Positions 60,703-64,000 of a DNA stretch of 64,000 bases are shown piece by piece. A program made the position numbers and the translations under genes. Source of the stretch: Bryobacterales bacterium (GTDB taxonomy: Bacteria; Acidobacteriota; Terriglobia; Bryobacterales; UBA6623); the NCBI GenBank assembly GCA_963422375.2, contig OY729427.2, positions 1,728,001 through 1,792,000 on the forward strand, read 5' to 3'. The notes below the pieces were generated by a model, which did no database searches, was not told the DNA's origin, and worked only from the letters and a program-made list of their open reading frames with translations. Positions within the stretch are counted from its first letter, which is position 1. Every line of letters begins with the position of its first letter.

Positions 60703-61264
60703 TACCTACGCTGCGGCTGCCGAAGCGGGCGCTCGGCTCGTCGGAATCATACCTGAACTGGGTGGCCCGATCATGTAGGCTCGGCGCTACCGGCGGGTCC
60801 GCCGCCTCTTGAGGGCTGCTTGGAATCCCGGAATTCGGCGAGCCTGATGGCTTTGCGTCTTGATCTGACTGCCTGGATGCGACATTCCTTGGAAGCGCTT
60901 GCCGCCCGTTGCGGGCACTGGGGCCTTCAACCGATGTTCGCCACGTGATAGCATCCGGAGATCCATGATTCGTTTCGCTTGAACGACTCCCGGATCACCG
61001 CGGACTCACTTGGCCCTACAAGAATTGTGCCGGGACACGGCGGTTCGCTCGATTCGGTCCTCGACGCGCTACCGGTGCAGCTGCGAAACCTCTTCCCAAT
61101 CCGGGGCGAGGGTCACGGGCTCCGCAGGCGGGCGCGTGCCTTAGCGATTCTCAATCTTCCGCCCGTCCGCGATGCACGGGGTGGCCCTCACTCGGCGCTA
61201 GTCCTCGAGCTGGTTGCGGACAGTCTGCCGACTGTAGCGGATGCCATGCAGCGCAAGACACCAG

Positions 61265-61580
61265 CCCATATCCGTTCGACGAGCTCTCGAAGCTCTACCA
61301 CGGACGCTGGAGAGTCGAGGACCCGTACAAGATCTCGAAACAGCTGCCGGACGCGGACGACTTTCGCGGCCGCAGCGAGCGCACGGTCCGCCAGGACCAG
61401 TTCGATCGCCTCAACCTGATCTCGATGAAGCGGCTCTTGTCCAACTGCAGCGAGGAGGGCCACCGCACACCGCTGGACGAGCGACACCGCTGGACGAGCG
61501 CGGCAAGCCGGGCATGCAGGCCAGCGACCGGGTGTACCGCAAGGCCTGGCCGGGGCGGAGGCAAGGATTGGTACGGTGGG
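61265..61580 (+). pseudogene. IS4-family transposase C-terminal remnant
   Basis: YPFDELSKLYHGRWRVEDPYKISK...FRGRSERTVRQD resembles the Y-x2-R-W-x2-E-x6-K signature. Confidence 0.6.
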
Positions 61581-62140
61581 TCCCGGCATTCCCGAGCGGC
61601 GCTATTGCTTCCCGCCTCTCCGGAGAATCTTTCCAGACGATGTTCTCTGGGGCATCCGTCGGCGGAAGCACTCCATCCTGCGCTGTCAGCCCGGGATTTC
61701 AGGAGCGCAGCCCGCCGCTCGTATCGGCGGGGACCCCGGGCGCCACCGCGCTGAAGCTGCCGCAGCACGCAGAGCGACGAGGAGGCACTCCGTCCGTTGG
61801 AAGGCCATCCCCGGTATCGAGGGCTCGCGCCTTGACTTGCCGCGAATCGCAAGGGGCGGGCCAACAACCTTGTCGGCAGCGAGCCGGCTGGCTCGTAGGA
61901 AGCGGTTCCGGGCCGCTCAAGGGCCGAGTGCCGTCACGTCCTGACGGGCTCGTGGTCGGGGGCACCACTCCCTGTAGGCGCGCTCCCAGAAGGCTTGATC
62001 CGCATGGGCGAGGCTGGCTGTAGCGCCGAAGGGACCATTCGTGCTAGCCTTTCGGGGTCGCAGCGCGCCACGCTCGTGTACCTTTGGATCGCGGAAGTTC
62101 GGCTGCAGAAGCGTTCCACGCCTAAGAAGCCGAACCTTCC

Positions 62141-63727
62141 ATGAACATTCTTCTCTATAATCCGGACAACCAAGTCACCAAGAACTACATGCCGCACCTG
62201 TGGATGTTCGTTCTGCGGGCGGTGACGCCGCCTGGGCACAAGGTCTTTTTGATCGACGGCAACGCCCAGAGCATGACCGAGCGGAGCATCGCCGACTTCG
62301 TCCGGGAGAACGACATCCAGCTCGCGGGCATCGGGGCCATGACGCGCATGGCAGCCCGGGCCTACCGCATGGCCGACGCGATCCGTGCCGCGGGCGCGAA
62401 GGTGGTAATGGGAGGGCCCCACGTCACCGAGGTGCCGGACGAGCCGATCGGCAAGGCCGGCGAGCCCCGCCACGCGGACGCCGTCGCGTTAGGAGAGGCT
62501 GACGAACTGTGGCCTCGGATCGTGACTGACGCCGCGGCAGGCCGCTTGCAAGAAGTCTACATGCCGGTCGACGAGAGCGGCTGCGAAGTCAAGCCGTCCT
62601 TGGAGAACTATCCTTCAATCCCGTGGGAGACGATGGACCTCTCGCAGTTCGACCTCGTTGCGAAGATTCCCGCATGGGGCCGATACCTGCTGGAGAAGGC
62701 GGGCAGCACGTGGAAGAGCCTGTACGTCGTGCCGATCGAGTCGGGGCGCGGCTGTCCGTACGGCTGCGACTTCTGCACAGTGACGGGGTTCTTCGGCGAC
62801 TCTATCCGCTACCGCTCGAACGACAGCGTGGTCGGCGAAATCCTGCGGCTTAAGGCCCGCGCAGCGGCCGAGGACGGCAAGGTCGGGGTGTTCTTCATCG
62901 ACGACAACTTCGCGATCAACGTCAAGCGCACCAAGTCGCTGCTGCGGGCAATGATCGACCGAGGGGCCCAAGTGCCGTGGGTGGCGCAGATAAGCATGAA
63001 CCTGCTCAAGGACGAGGAATTGTGCGATCTGATCAAGGAGAGCGGCGGGCGCTGGATCTTCATGGGCTTGGAATCCATCGACGCGGCCAACCTCAAGGAC
63101 GTCAACAAGGGGTTCAACAAGCCGGCCAAGTACGGCGAGGTGCTGGATCGTCTCGCAAGCCGCGGGATCTACGCGATTACCTCGTTCATCTTCGGAATGG
63201 ACGGTGACCGTCCCGGTGTTGCCCGCCAGACGCTTGACGCCATCGACGAGTGGCCGCCGGGCCTGCCCGTGTACGGCCTGATGACGCCCTACCCGGCCAC
63301 CCCCCTGTACGACCGCCTGATGGCGCAGGGGCGCCTGACCCGCCCGAAGCACTGGCTGGACTTCCGGCCGTTCCAGATGGCGTATACCCCGGAGAACATC
63401 AGCATCGAGCAGGCGGAGGCCGAGGTGCGCCAGGCATGGACCGAATCGTATTCGCCCCAGTCCACGGCGCTCGCCCTGAAGCGAATCGAGGGAAGGCCGT
63501 TTCACGAGCGCGCCGTGATGTTCTTCACCCGCCTGGCGTTCCGGGGCATCTACTTCCCGCAGATGACCAAGCGCCATTGGGTGGCCCTGCTCTGGCAGAA
63601 CCGCGGCAGCCTGATGCGGATCATTGCCGAGGGCTACAATCTGCACCGCAACCGTCGGCGGAAGGGCGAGGGGCCTTCGGCCGGGCGTCCATTGCCCGCT
63701 CGCGAGTCCGAGCGCGTGGCCGCGTGA
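62141..63727 (+). CDS. B12-binding domain / radical SAM protein
   Basis: KVVMGGPHVT, VALGEADE, ESGRGCPYGCDFC, FIDDNF, FMGLES, TPYPATPLY. Confidence 0.92.
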   Translation: MNILLYNPDNQVTKNYMPHLWMFVLRAVTPPGHKVFLIDGNAQSMTERSIADFVRENDIQLAGIGAMTRMAARAYRMADAIRAAGAKVVMGGPHVTEVPDEPIGKAGEPRHADAVALGEADELWPRIVTDAAAGRLQEVYMPVDESGCEVKPSLENYPSIPWETMDLSQFDLVAKIPAWGRYLLEKAGSTWKSLYVVPIESGRGCPYGCDFCTVTGFFGDSIRYRSNDSVVGEILRLKARAAAEDGKVGVFFIDDNFAINVKRTKSLLRAMIDRGAQVPWVAQISMNLLKDEELCDLIKESGGRWIFMGLESIDAANLKDVNKGFNKPAKYGEVLDRLASRGIYAITSFIFGMDGDRPGVARQTLDAIDEWPPGLPVYGLMTPYPATPLYDRLMAQGRLTRPKHWLDFRPFQMAYTPENISIEQAEAEVRQAWTESYSPQSTALALKRIEGRPFHERAVMFFTRLAFRGIYFPQMTKRHWVALLWQNRGSLMRIIAEGYNLHRNRRRKGEGPSAGRPLPARESERVAA

Positions 63728-63838
63728 GCTAGGCGCGACGGGGGATTCTCTCCGCCGTACCTGCCGGACGATGCCGGCACCGGGGATTGGACGGTCTCGC
63801 CCGGCAACCCGGTTCCTCCGGCGCCGGAATCCCGGCTG

Positions 63839-64000
63839 CTAGGCCGCGACGGTCCGGCTGCTCTTCGTTGGCACCCACTTGCTCAGTGATCGTGCAAATT
63901 CGGGGATCCGGCTCGCGGGAATCGCGGTGATCCTGTCGTCCAGAGAGTACGCCTCCTCGCCGGGATATACGACCCACAGGTGTTCGAGGCTGAGGTCCCG
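63839..64000 (-). CDS. C-terminus of a probable DUF4143/AAA ATPase entering from the window end
   Basis: Manual translation RDLSLEHLWVVYPGEEAYSLDDRITAIP...; stop at 63839. Confidence 0.65.
   Translation of the reverse strand, partial: RDLSLEHLWVVYPGEEAYSLDDRITAIPASRIPEFARSLSKWVPTKSSRTVAA

Noticed and set aside
61600..61860. Possible PIN-domain toxin remnant
   Set aside because: Only a weak PDD-like fragment, with no continuous frame.
1..64000. CRISPR array, rRNA or tRNA genes
   Set aside because: No regularly spaced repeat-spacer pattern or recognisable RNA gene was seen by eye. The repeats present are IS and MITE copies.

Overview
High-GC bacterial DNA. The gene content (Oar-type TonB-dependent receptor, two PSCyt/DUF1549-DUF1553 plus DUF1501 pairs, FN3 lipoprotein next to hslUV, futalosine-pathway mqnE/mqnP) points to Acidobacteriota, possibly a host-associated Bryobacterales-like organism; this is inference. 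Intact housekeeping and transport blocks lie at about 24.8-34.1 kb, 40.3-57.5 kb and 62.1-63.7 kb. Heavily decayed mobile-element zones lie at about 2-24.8 kb, 34.6-39.8 kb and 57.9-61.9 kb. These contain ISAzo13, IS630, two IS1595 subgroups (several copies), IS1380, IS1634, ISNCY and IS4 remnants, two tnpB relics and a 255-bp MITE in three copies. I saw no rRNA, tRNA or CRISPR array and no unambiguous new multi-gene defence system. Best leads: (1) a 9.3-kb segment bounded by inverted IS1595 copies that carries an intact PL8 (chondroitinase-like) lyase and sits between two apparent halves of one low-GC gene; (2) a MITE whose flanks look like TA-(2-3 nt)-TA excision footprints, one copy sitting in the probable -10 box of a B3 metallo-beta-lactamase; (3) a mutational signature in the pseudogenes of A:T to G:C transitions, 9-17 bp tandem duplications and a 36-bp perfect palindrome; (4) a conserved omegaRNA-like right end shared by the two tnpB relics; (5) a GluR0-like channel / cation-chloride cotransporter / MscS cluster. 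All family calls come from motif recognition by eye, not from database searches.
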